Source: Octopus vulgaris (Eukaryota). From it: DNA of 64,000 bases. A model generated the notes under the pieces. It was not told where the DNA came from. It made no database searches and saw only the letters and a program-made list of their open reading frames with translations. The stretch is taken from assembly GCA_951406725.2 (NCBI GenBank), contig OX597835.1, positions 9,796,001 to 9,860,000 on the forward strand. Direction: 5' to 3'. Made by a program: the position numbers and the translations under genes. Within the stretch, counting starts at the first letter, position 1. Each line of letters starts with the position of its first letter. Below are positions 53,477-64,000 of this stretch, in pieces.

Positions 53477-53909
53477 ATATATGCATATATATATAAATAT
53501 GCATTTGTATATATGTATGTATATATATGTATGCATATATATATATATATGTATATATACATATGCGTGTGTGGATACATACGTTTATAGGCATACATAT
53601 ATATATATGTGTACATATATGTGAATTATGTTTACATATGTTAGCGTACGTGAAATTTTACGTGCGTGTGTATGCATGAATGCCTTTGTGCACCCGCGCG
53701 TGTGTGTGCGTGCTTGAGGATGTGTGTTTCTGTGTAGGTGTGTATGTGTGTTTGTGTGTGTGTGTGTGTGTGGCCAAATTTGCAATTAAGTGAAAGAAAT
53801 AATGTTAGTATTTCATAGGAATGACATTATGTTTGTTATTGAAAGTGAATCAGCGGAACTTCGCTAATTAAAGTTTCCCGTACTCATCTGTAGTGGATTC
53901 TACGTACGT

Positions 53910-54416
53910 TTATATGTATGTGTGTGTATGTATGTATGTATGTATGTATGTATGTATGTATGTATGTATGTATGTATGTATGTGTGTATGTATGTATGTG
54001 TGTATGTATGTATTTATGTATGTATGTATGTATGTATGTATGTATGTATGTATGTATGTATGTATGTATGTATGTATGTATGTGTGTATGTATGTATGTA
54101 TGTATGTATGTATGTGTGTATGTATGTATGTATTTATGTATGTATGTATGTATGTATGTATGTGTGTATGTATGTATGTGTGTGTGTATGTATGTATGTA
54201 TGTATGTATGTGTGTATGTATGTATGTGTGTATGTATGTATGTATGTATGTATGTATGTATGTATGTGTGTATGTATGTATGTATGTATATATGTATGTA
54301 TGTGTGTATGTATGTGTGTATGTATGTATGTATGTATGTATGTATGTGTGTATGTATGTGTGTATGTATGTATGTATGTATGTATGTATGTATGTGTGTA
54401 TGTATGTATGTATGTA

Positions 54417-54447
<31 letters not shown>

Positions 54448-54552
54448 GTATGTATGTTTGTATGTATGTATGGTATGTATGTATGGCATGTATGTATGTA
54501 TAGTATATATGTATGTATGTATGTATGGTATGTATGTATAGTATGTATGTAT
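53910..54552. repeat. (TATG)n/(TG)n microsatellite
   Basis: Visible directly. Confidence 0.95.
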
Positions 54553-54554
54553 AC

Positions 54555-54905
54555 TCGCTACGTTCAGAGTTCAAATTCCGCCGAGGTCGACTTTGCCTTT
54601 CATCCTTTCGAGGTCGATAAATTAAGTACCAGTTGAATACTGGGGTCGATGTAATCAATTACTCCCCTCCCCCAAAATTTCAGGCCTTGTGCTTATAGTA
54701 GAAAGGATTATTAGCACCATCTGAGGGGGTGAGCTGGCAAAATCGATAGCACGCCGGACGAAATGCTTAGCGACATTTTGCTCGTCTTTACGATCTAGGT
54801 TCAAATTCCACCGAAATCGACTTTGCCTCTAATAAGTACCAGTTATGTACGAGGTCGATGTAATCGACTTCCCCACGCACCTCAAAAATGTTAGTCCTTC
54901 TGCCT
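54555..54905 (+). mobile_element. Two SINE C (tail 2) copies, partial and degenerate
   Basis: GAGTTCAAATTCCGCCGAGGTCGACTTTGCC...AATTTCAGGCCTTGTGC; second head GAGCTGGCAAAATCG at 54731. Confidence 0.75.
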
Positions 54906-54953
54906 ATTGGCACTAACTGAATTTCTTGATTTCCCGCACCAACACCGGTTATA

Positions 54954-56120
54954 TATTTCTTTACTGCCCACAAGGGGCTAAACATAGAGGGGACAAACAA
55001 GGACAGACAAAGGGATTAAGTCGATTACATCGACCCACCCAGTGCGAAACTGGTACTTTATTTATCGACCCCGAAAGGATGAAAGGCAAAGTCGACCTCG
55101 GCGGAATTTGAACTCAGAACGTAACGACAGACGAAATACCTATTTCTTTATTACCCACAAGGGGCTAAACATAGAGGGGACAAACAAGGACAGACAAAGG
55201 GATTAAGTCGATTACATCGACCCACCCAGTGCGAAACTGGTACTTTATTTAATCGACCCCGAAAGGATGAAAGGCCAAGTCGACCTCGGCGGATTTTGAA
55301 CTCAGAACGTAACGACAGACGAAATACCTATTTCTTTATTACCCACAAGGAGCTAAACACAGAGGGAACAAACAAGGACAGACATAGGGATTAAGTCGAT
55401 TACATCGACCCCAGTGCGAAACTGGTACTTTATTTAATCGAGCCCGAAAGGATGAAAGGCCAAGTCGACCTCGGCGGAATTTGAACTCAGAACGTAACGA
55501 CAAACGAAATACCTATTTCTTTATTACCCACAAGGAGCTAAACACAGAGGGAACAAACAAGGACAGACATAGGGATTAAGTCGATTACATCGAACCCAGT
55601 GCGAAACTGGTACTTTATTTAATCGAGCCCGAAAGGATGAAAGGCCAAGTCGACCTCGGCGGAATTTGAACTCAGAACGTAACGACAAACGAAATACCTA
55701 TTTCTTTATTACCCACAAGGGGATAAACATAGAGGGGACAAACAAGGACAGACAAAGGGATTAAGTCGATTACATCGACCCACCCAGTGCGAAACTGGTA
55801 CTATATTTATCGACCCCGAAAGGATGAAAGGCAAAGTCGACCTCGGCGGAATTTGAACTCAGAACGTAACGACAGAAGAAATACCTATTTCTTTATTACT
55901 TTATTACCCACAAGGGGCTAAACACAGTGGGGACAAACAAGGACAGACAAAGGGATTAAGTCGATTACATCGACCCCAGTGCGAAACTGGTACTTTATTT
56001 ATCGAACCCGAAAGGATGAAAGGCAAAGTCGACCTCGGCGGAATTTGAACTCAGAACGTAACGGCAGACGAAATACCGCTAAGCATTTCACCCGGTGCGC
56101 TAACGTTTCTGCCAGCTCGC
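54954..56120 (-). mobile_element. SINE C hexamer: one head plus six tandem ~186-bp bodies
   Basis: Five GAAATAC|CTATTTCTTTATT junctions (about 55139, 55327, 55512, 55697, 55884); single head at 56075-56120. Confidence 0.92.
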
Positions 56121-56256
56121 CGGACCAACAATCTCTTGCATGGTAATCCATGACCTGTTTTCCAGCGTTAACGTATGTATCTTGTTGGTTGGCATACTCA
56201 TATATACACGCGTGTGTGTGTTTCAATGCGTACACTCACACACACATATATATATA

Positions 56257-56641
56257 CTAGCAGTATCGCCCGGCGTTGCTCAGGTTTGTAAGGGAAATAA
56301 CTATAAAGTATTTTTAGAGAGTTATAGCCAAAAAATAGCAAAAAAATGGAAAAAAATGATGGTAAATTTTTTTTTTGAGAGTTAAAAAAGGTGGAGTTGC
56401 GTCCCCTAGACGGTCTGTGGTTTGGGTTTCTGATTCTCGACCCCATGTCGAATTTATCGATTTTTTTCAGAACTGGGGGAACTTTTCAAAATTTTCGCTG
56501 TGTTAGTTTTGAATTATGACATTGGGCTATGTGTGTGTCAAGTTTCATCAGAATCGGTTGAAAGCTGTGGTCAGAGTGAGGGTACGAGAAAACAGACACA
56601 CAGAAAACGCACAGACAAACTGCCGTTTATATAGAGAGAGA
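56257..56641 (-). mobile_element. Non-autonomous Helitron sharing mainly the 3' end with the other copies
   Basis: CTAGCAGTATCGCCCGGCGTTGCTCAGGTTTG terminus; different 5' half. Confidence 0.75.
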
Positions 56642-56952
56642 TATCACGGGATCACGTGACCGACCTGTCCATCAGATGTTGCTACACATCGCTGTTCACA
56701 ATGCGTTCGCATTGTTTTAGCCTTCGAATGACGCCACCCCGCTGGCTAAGCGAGCAGGCCGACAGAAGAAAGAGTGGGAGAAAGAGTGGTGAAAGAGTAC
56801 AGCAGGGATCACCACCACCTCCTGCCGGAGCCTCGTGGAGCTTTTAGGTGTTTTCGCTCAATAAATACTCACAACGCCCGCTCTGATAATCGAAACCGCG
56901 ATACTGCGACCGCGAGTCCGCTGCCCTAACCACTAAGCCATTGCGCCTCCAC
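56642..56952 (-). mobile_element. SINE family A with another alternative tail
   Basis: A-type head and body at 56770-56952; tail GGCCTGCTCGCTTAGCCAGCGGGG...GGTCACGTGATCCCGTGAT. Confidence 0.8.
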
Positions 56953-57398
56953 ACATATATATATAGATACCAGAATTGTTCTTACGTTGTTATGTTCTTA
57001 AGCGTCCTGACAGAAATATTAGAATTTGTATATCGCACTTAATAACTTTCTGAGTCTCGACTTCCTGTCCCTGCATGGAAAACTGAATTAACGCGCCATC
57101 TTTCGAACAGGACGTAAAAATGTTTACATTGATGTACAGTGTCCGTATATGCGAGCGTGAGTAATATAGCTTTATGTTTATTAATGGAACATAAATAACC
57201 CTTAATGTGACATATGCGTTTATCTGCGGGATCAACGTTAAGTTTATGCATATTTTACGTTTCATAGCATGCCATATACATTTTATATATTTTACATACA
57301 CACACACACATACACACGCATACGCAAAGATATGTATGTATGTTATAGGTGCTGAAATTTATGTGGCTGCTGGCGATATGCCAGACATGTACATATAA

Positions 57399-57524
<126 letters not shown>

Positions 57525-57668
57525 GAATGAAAGAATGGAGTCGAACGAAGATGTTAACAAAATTCCTTTACTCTCGACACATGTTTCCGACGTGAATTTG
57601 CTACCCAGGTTTCGGTTAAATGAATTTTCCATGCTGACGATAAACATAGGATAATTCATTCACCTACT
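57525..57668 (-). repeat. (TA)n-embedded fragment homologous, inverted, to 51680-51815
   Basis: Shared ACCTGGGTAGC(A/G)AATTCAC and ACTCCATTCTTTCAT; contains GAAACATGTGTC, which resembles a hammerhead 3' half. Confidence 0.55.
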
Positions 57669-57702
57669 TATATATATATGTATGTATATATATATACATA
57701 TA

Positions 57703-57810
<108 letters not shown>

Positions 57811-57985
57811 CACAACGGGCTTCTTTCAGTTTCCGTGTACCAAATCCACTCAGAAGTCTTTGGTCGAATTGAGGCTATAGTAGAAGAAAGTTGAATTTGT
57901 CACGCAGTGAGATTGAACTCAGGACCATGTACTTGGGAAGCAAACCTCTTCTCACACAACCACGACTATTACATGTGTGTGTGTG

Positions 57986-58047
<62 letters not shown>

Positions 58048-58517
58048 TATATTGTATGTATGTATGTATGTATGTGCGCCGTTTTTTTTATGCTTGGTGA
58101 TTGGTTTCTAGTGTCGTATAGATACTAAAAAATAATCAAAGCTATTTTACGGGAATGGTATTTTTTGTCTTTGATTTACTAAAATAATTTTTGCGTATTT
58201 CAAAGAATTTCTGCTGTTTTCCCCCCGTTTTTCTTCTTTTATGTCCCTTGTGCATGCTTTGTGTTTGTCTTCGAAAATGTGCCATATTTCTTACAGGAAT
58301 GGCAGCTGTCCATGGAATGTGCGAAGATTTTAAAATCATTCTCTCCTCACTTCGATCAATGATTTAGTCTATATTCTATTGAACAGGTTTTCCAAAGAGA
58401 AAATGTGTATCATAAATACTGACAATAAAAGGAGAATTCGTAGGTAAACATCAATCTACGTACGCACACAGATATATACCTACATGTCTATATCTATGCA
58501 CATGTATATATATATAT

Positions 58518-58563
<46 letters not shown>

Positions 58564-58664
58564 TTATGCGCACATGTATTTATAACTATGATTATATACT
58601 CATATGTGTGCGTGCATGTGTGTGTGTACATGTAAAACTGCATGCAGGTATCTATACACACATG

Positions 58665-58701
<37 letters not shown>

Positions 58702-58730
58702 ATTTGTGTCGCTGTCTGTCTGTCTGTCTA

Positions 58731-58782
<52 letters not shown>

Positions 58783-59874
58783 GAGAGAGAGAGAGAGAAA
58801 GATAGACAGACAGAGAGACACATACAGACATACATTCATACATACATGTGTGGATAGATATAGATACATGCATACATAAATACATACACACACATACATA
58901 CACACACACATACATAGATACATACATACACACATACATACACACACATACATACAACCATACATACATACATACATACATACACACATACATACACACA
59001 CATACATACATACATACATACATACATACATACATACATACATACATACATACATACAAATGTGAATTTACCTTTGTTAAATACATCCCAAAGATGGAGT
59101 CTTGTATCTTTGTTGGAAGCCGGTTCCCTCCTCAGTGGAAGATTTATAATAATTGAAAAATAGAAGTGACATAAATACATAAACCTGAAGCCAAAGAAAT
59201 AAGTATTTTCTGTATGGTGAAGGCCATAGTTACTCATAATGAAAAGGAGTACTGGTGGAATGTCGTAGTGAAAACCTCAATAAAATATAAGCATAAAACC
59301 TCAATAAAATATAAGCATAATAGGCCTGGGGGTGGGAGAGATAAAATATGAACAGTTGTAGAAATCAGCTGCCAGCGGATGTTAGCATTAAGCTAAAGAT
59401 CAACGAAAAAAGGAGATACCTACGCTGTAACGGGGAATCTACAGCTAGTGTAACGAGAGTTGAAGTTCAGATGTATACCTGTAATTTGGGGGGTACTGAG
59501 ATATGTAACACACTGCCTAAATACCAATCTTGAGAAATTAGGCTCCTCAAAACCAAAAAGGAGAAAACTGATTCGAAGACTACAGATTTAAGCCATCACT
59601 GGAACTGTAAAAATCTGCAAAACTTTCAAGAAGTTTATCAATCAAGTATATATATGAGCGTATCTATATGCGCAAATATGCACAAGAAGACATACATAAA
59701 ACAAGACATACAAATCTGCACATATACATACATATACACGAAAGTACCCTGTTGATGTTGTTGAAGTTCCAATGAGGGAACCTTGCATCTAGGATGGAAA
59801 CCGACTCTTTCTCCATTAGCAAGATGTCTTGAAATAGAACTGAATAATGACGTAATACATACATACTGAATACT

Positions 59875-60274
59875 ATTTTACTATTTTACTATTTTACTTG
59901 TTTCAGTCATTTGACTGCGGCCATGCTGGAGCACCGCCTTTAGTCGAGCAAATCGATCCCAGGACTTATTCTTTGTAAGCCCAGTACTTATTCTATCGGT
60001 CTGTTTTGCCGAACCGCTAAGTGACGGGGACGTAAACACACCAGCATCGGTTGTCAGACAATGCTAGGGGGACAAACACAGACACACACATATATATATA
60101 TATATATACATATATACGACAGGCTTCTTTCAGTTTCCGTCTACCAAATCCACTCACAAGGCATTGGTCGGCTTGGGGCTATAGTAGAAGACACTTGCCC
60201 AAGATGCCACGCAGTGGGACTGAACCCGGAACCATGTGGTTGGTTAGCAAGCTACTTACCACACAGTCACTCCT
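59875..60274 (-). mobile_element. SINE family B, full length
   Basis: Reverse complement of the 16640-type element. Confidence 0.9.
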
Positions 60275-61140
60275 ATACACATTCCTTCTCTTTTTTTTAT
60301 TTTCATTTTTAATGACATTATTTCTGGTGTTGGTAAAAGTTAATGGCACCGGATGTGGTTTTAGTTGTATTTGGGTTTTATCTTACAGCATTTTCTCTGC
60401 CACCTGGCTAGCACCAACGAGTAGTTCTTCTTCTTCTTAATATTCTTGCTATTTTATTTTGGTTAGTTCGATTCTCTATCAAAATATCCGAGTTAAGATT
60501 CTGAAATGTGAACATACTATGGTATATGAACGAGAAAATTCATTTTTCTTTCATTTTCAGTAAATGGAGCTCTAGAAAGATAGGTTTTTAAAGTTTGTTG
60601 CTGGGTTTCTCATGAAGTTTCCATGCCCGCCGTAGGAGGCCAACTTCTTCAAGTTTTAAATTTAATTTTACTATTTCTTAATTTTATATGCTTCGATTTT
60701 TGTTGTTGTTTAAATTTTATTTACTGTCAGAAAGTACAGTATATGGTTTTATACGTCTATATATTCGTGACGAATAAGTATCGGAAATAGCAGAGAACGT
60801 AAGAAATTTCGGGAATAATTCTTTTTGAGAATAATTCTTTTTACGGGTTTTGCTGATTATATTTTACAGCTTAGAATCTTCCAAATAAAAAACTTCTACA
60901 TGTATATGTTCGTGACGAACAGGTGTCGTAAGCAGCGTATAAGCATGCGATAGACAGGTAAATAGGATTTAGATATATTCAAATAGCAAGGTAAAATAAA
61001 ACTGAGATACAAATGTAAAACTAACCCAATCCATTCCTGTAGAAATGGGAGCCGGTGGATAAGTGAAATTCTAAAATATATAAATACTAGCATACCCGTG
61101 TCATCAAAAGTGCTGACAGTTTATATATATATACACATCG

Positions 61141-61519
61141 TGGCACTCTTATGACGACAAGGGTTCAATTTGATCCGACCAACGGAACAGCCTGCTCGTG
61201 AAATTAACGTGCAAGTGGTTGAGCACTCCACAGACACTTGTGCCCTTAACGCAGTTCTCGGGGAGATTCAGTGTGACACAGAGTGTGACAAGGCTGACCC
61301 TTTGAAATACAGGTACAACAGAAGCAGGAAGAAAGAGTAAGAGAAGGTTGTGGTGAAAGAGAACATCAGGGCTCACCCACCCCACCCCGCTGCCGGGACC
61401 AAGTGCAGCTTTAGGTGTTTTCGCTCAATAAACACTCACAACGCCCGGTCTGTGGATCGAAACCATGATCCTACGACCGCGAGTCCGCTGCCCTAACCAC
61501 TGGGCCACTGTGACTCCAC
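61141..61519 (-). mobile_element. SINE family A
   Basis: Diverged homologue of 63612-63999. Confidence 0.85.
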
Positions 61520-61737
61520 ATATACATACATACACACATACATATGGTGTGCCTCCTTCCGTTTCCGTCAACCAAATCTACTCACAAGTCTTTAGTCGGC
61601 CCTGGGCTATAATAGAAGACACTTGCTGAACATATTTATCTATGCATGTGCGCACACACACGCACATACACTCACACGCACTCACACACACACTCACACA
61701 CACACGCACACACACATACCGATTCATACATATACAC

Positions 61738-61783
<46 letters not shown>

Positions 61784-61984
61784 CATTATGGTGAATTGAA
61801 GAAATGGAGCTGAACGCAGATTGAACAGAAATCGTTTTATTTCATTTATCCGCACCAGCGCACGGTTGCAACACCATATGGTTGTACCTCCAACCGTGCT
61901 GTTTACTGCTGTGATTTTTTCTACTAAGGTATCGGTTAAACTTTTGATTAATCTACTACAAGATTATTCATCTTTCTATTTCAC

Positions 61985-62027
<43 letters not shown>

Positions 62028-62030
<3 letters not shown>

Positions 62031-62247
62031 TAAATTAGAGACAAAACCACTATTATGCAGATCAAACAATGAAAGACTTAAGCCAATACATAAATTAATT
62101 TATATTATTTAGATATGTAAAAATTATTAAAAAATATTAATATAATTTTTTGTCTCTAATTTAATATAATATAATATTTTACTATAAAATTGGATTCAAT
62201 CCTAAATCTGATTTTTCCCTGTAAGTTTGGATTTATTCCCTAATATT

Positions 62248-62252
<5 letters not shown>
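62028..62252. repeat. Third copy of the 2166-type family, with both orientations joined
   Basis: TTAAATTAGAGACAAAA...TTTTGTCTCTAATTTAA followed by the reverse-complement terminus; sits within (TA)n. Confidence 0.75.
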
Positions 62253-62285
<33 letters not shown>

Positions 62286-62289
<4 letters not shown>

Positions 62290-62628
62290 GTAAAGACCCC
62301 CTTCGGTCATGAATGACCATGGGATTGCACCTAGAAAGTTACCCTCCTAGACACAAGTCCGGGCAAGGTTGTTTATGGAAGACCAGCAGTCGCCCATGCA
62401 TACCAGCCTCCCCTCTCCACGCCACCAGTGTTATCCAAGGGAAAGACAAAGGTCGATACAGCTTGGCACCAGTGACGTCGCAACTCATTTCTACAGCTGA
62501 GTGAACTGGAGCAACGTGAAATAAAGTGCCTTGCTCAAGAACACAACACGCAGCCCGGTCCGGGATTCGAGCTCACAACCTCACGATCGTAAGCTCGACG
62601 CTCTAACCACTGAGCCATGCGCCTTCAC
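62286..62628 (-). mobile_element. SINE family D (tRNA head, CORE-like segment)
   Basis: Minus strand: GTGAAGGCGCATGGCTCAGTGGTTAGAGCGTC...CTCGAATCCC...GTGTTCTTGAGCAAGGCACTTT...GGTCTTTACCTTT. Confidence 0.8.
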
Positions 62629-62640
62629 ATGGCTCAGTGG

Positions 62641-62678
<38 letters not shown>

Positions 62679-62960
62679 ACATCTATGCATGTGCATACGT
62701 ATCTCCATGGTATTGTGTTTCCGTGTGTGTCTGCGCGCGCATGTTCACCGGAATTAGGAAGAACGCTGTGAAAGATTGATGGAATCAGTGTCGTCAATAA
62801 TTTCATTTGTGACGTGTGAAGTATCTTATCCTTTAGATGCAAAGAGGAATTCAGGATTAGCGACAGAAAGGGCAAGCATACACAGACAACACTAAAACAA
62901 AAGACAGTAAAAACAGGAAAGTATATATATATCTATATACACATTCATATATATATATAT

Positions 62961-63118
<158 letters not shown>

Positions 63119-63121
63119 ATA

Positions 63122-63160
<39 letters not shown>

Positions 63161-63611
63161 GTATATAATTGTTCCACGTCCTCGCGTTGCTGTTTTTTCT
63201 GTGTTTTTTTCTGTTTTCCTGTTTGGATTAACTATGTATCTATGTATACATATTTACATAAAGAGGTGATAAATTGAATATTAATTTAATTAACATCAGT
63301 TTAAAAGCAGTGGTCTATCACAGAAAAATCTGAAAATTCGGAAAAAATTGTATTACATGCGTATAAGAAGTGATGACCACTAAGTGGACATCCAATATGC
63401 TAGAAATAGATCACCTACGATCTAACCACAATGGAAGAGAATGTGTGCGTGTGTGTGTGCGTGTGTGTGGTACGTGCAAGATGATATCTTGAAAACAAAA
63501 GTATTCAATATTTAATTTCTTATATAGTTATGCGGATGTTTTAGTGTGTGAAATCGATAACATACAATTTAATTTAATTAAAAAAATTTTGCAGTTTTAT
63601 TTTGATTAATG

Positions 63612-63999
63612 TGGAAGCTCTCCGTCGGTTACGACGACGAGGGTTCCGGTTGATCCGAATCAACGGAACAGCCTGCTCGTGAAATTAACGTGTAAGTGGC
63701 TGAGCACTCCACAGACACGTGTACTCTTAACGTAGTTCTCAGGAATATTCAGCGTGACACAGAGAGTGACAAGGCCGGCCCTTTGAAATACAGGTACAAC
63801 AGAAACAGGGAGTAAGAGTGAGAGAAAGTTGTGGTGAAAGAGTACAGCAGGGATCACCACCACCCACTGCCGGAGCCTCGTGGAGCTTTTTAGGTGTTTT
63901 TCGCTCAATAAACACTCACAACGCCCGGTCTGGGAATCGAAACCACGATCCTACGACCGCGAGTCCGCTGCCCTAACCACTGGGCCATTGCGCCTCCAC
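63612..63999 (-). mobile_element. SINE family A, full length
   Basis: Reverse complement of 38779-39171. Confidence 0.9.
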
Positions 64000-64000
64000 T

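Noticed and set aside
54954-56120. Tandem array as CRISPR or tRNA cluster
   Set aside because: The units are SINE bodies without spacers and without complete tRNA cloverleaves.
59273-59320. 22-bp tandem duplication AAAACCTCAATAAAATATAAGC
   Set aside because: Ordinary local slippage duplication.

Overview
Eukaryotic, AT-rich, extremely repeat-dense DNA that looks intronic or intergenic. The tRNA-headed SINE families and the microsatellite load suggest an octopus (coleoid cephalopod) genome; this is inference, with no database check. I found no confidently identifiable host protein-coding gene. Almost all listed ORFs are microsatellite artefacts. The only long genuine reading frame (35900-36964, minus) is the 3' part of an R4/Dong-type non-LTR retrotransposon. 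Contents: four tRNA-headed SINE families (here called A-D), four non-autonomous Helitrons, a same-orientation cluster of R4/Dong elements in (TAA)n tracts, fossil Penelope, Tx1/L1, RTE, CR1-like and hAT elements, and many short Penelope-like fragments inside (TA)n. Most notable observations: (i) several minimal hammerhead-ribozyme motifs, including a retrozyme-like 362-bp unit carrying two U3-A8 variant hammerheads at 44563-45109; (ii) SINE C multimers apparently built by insertion into its own internal GGTATTTC site; (iii) snap-back hairpins of the same geometry at the 5' ends of two SINE families; (iv) a putative promoter (CRE/ETS/YY1 motifs) followed by an array of 13 CCAAT boxes. Boundaries of degenerate elements are approximate.
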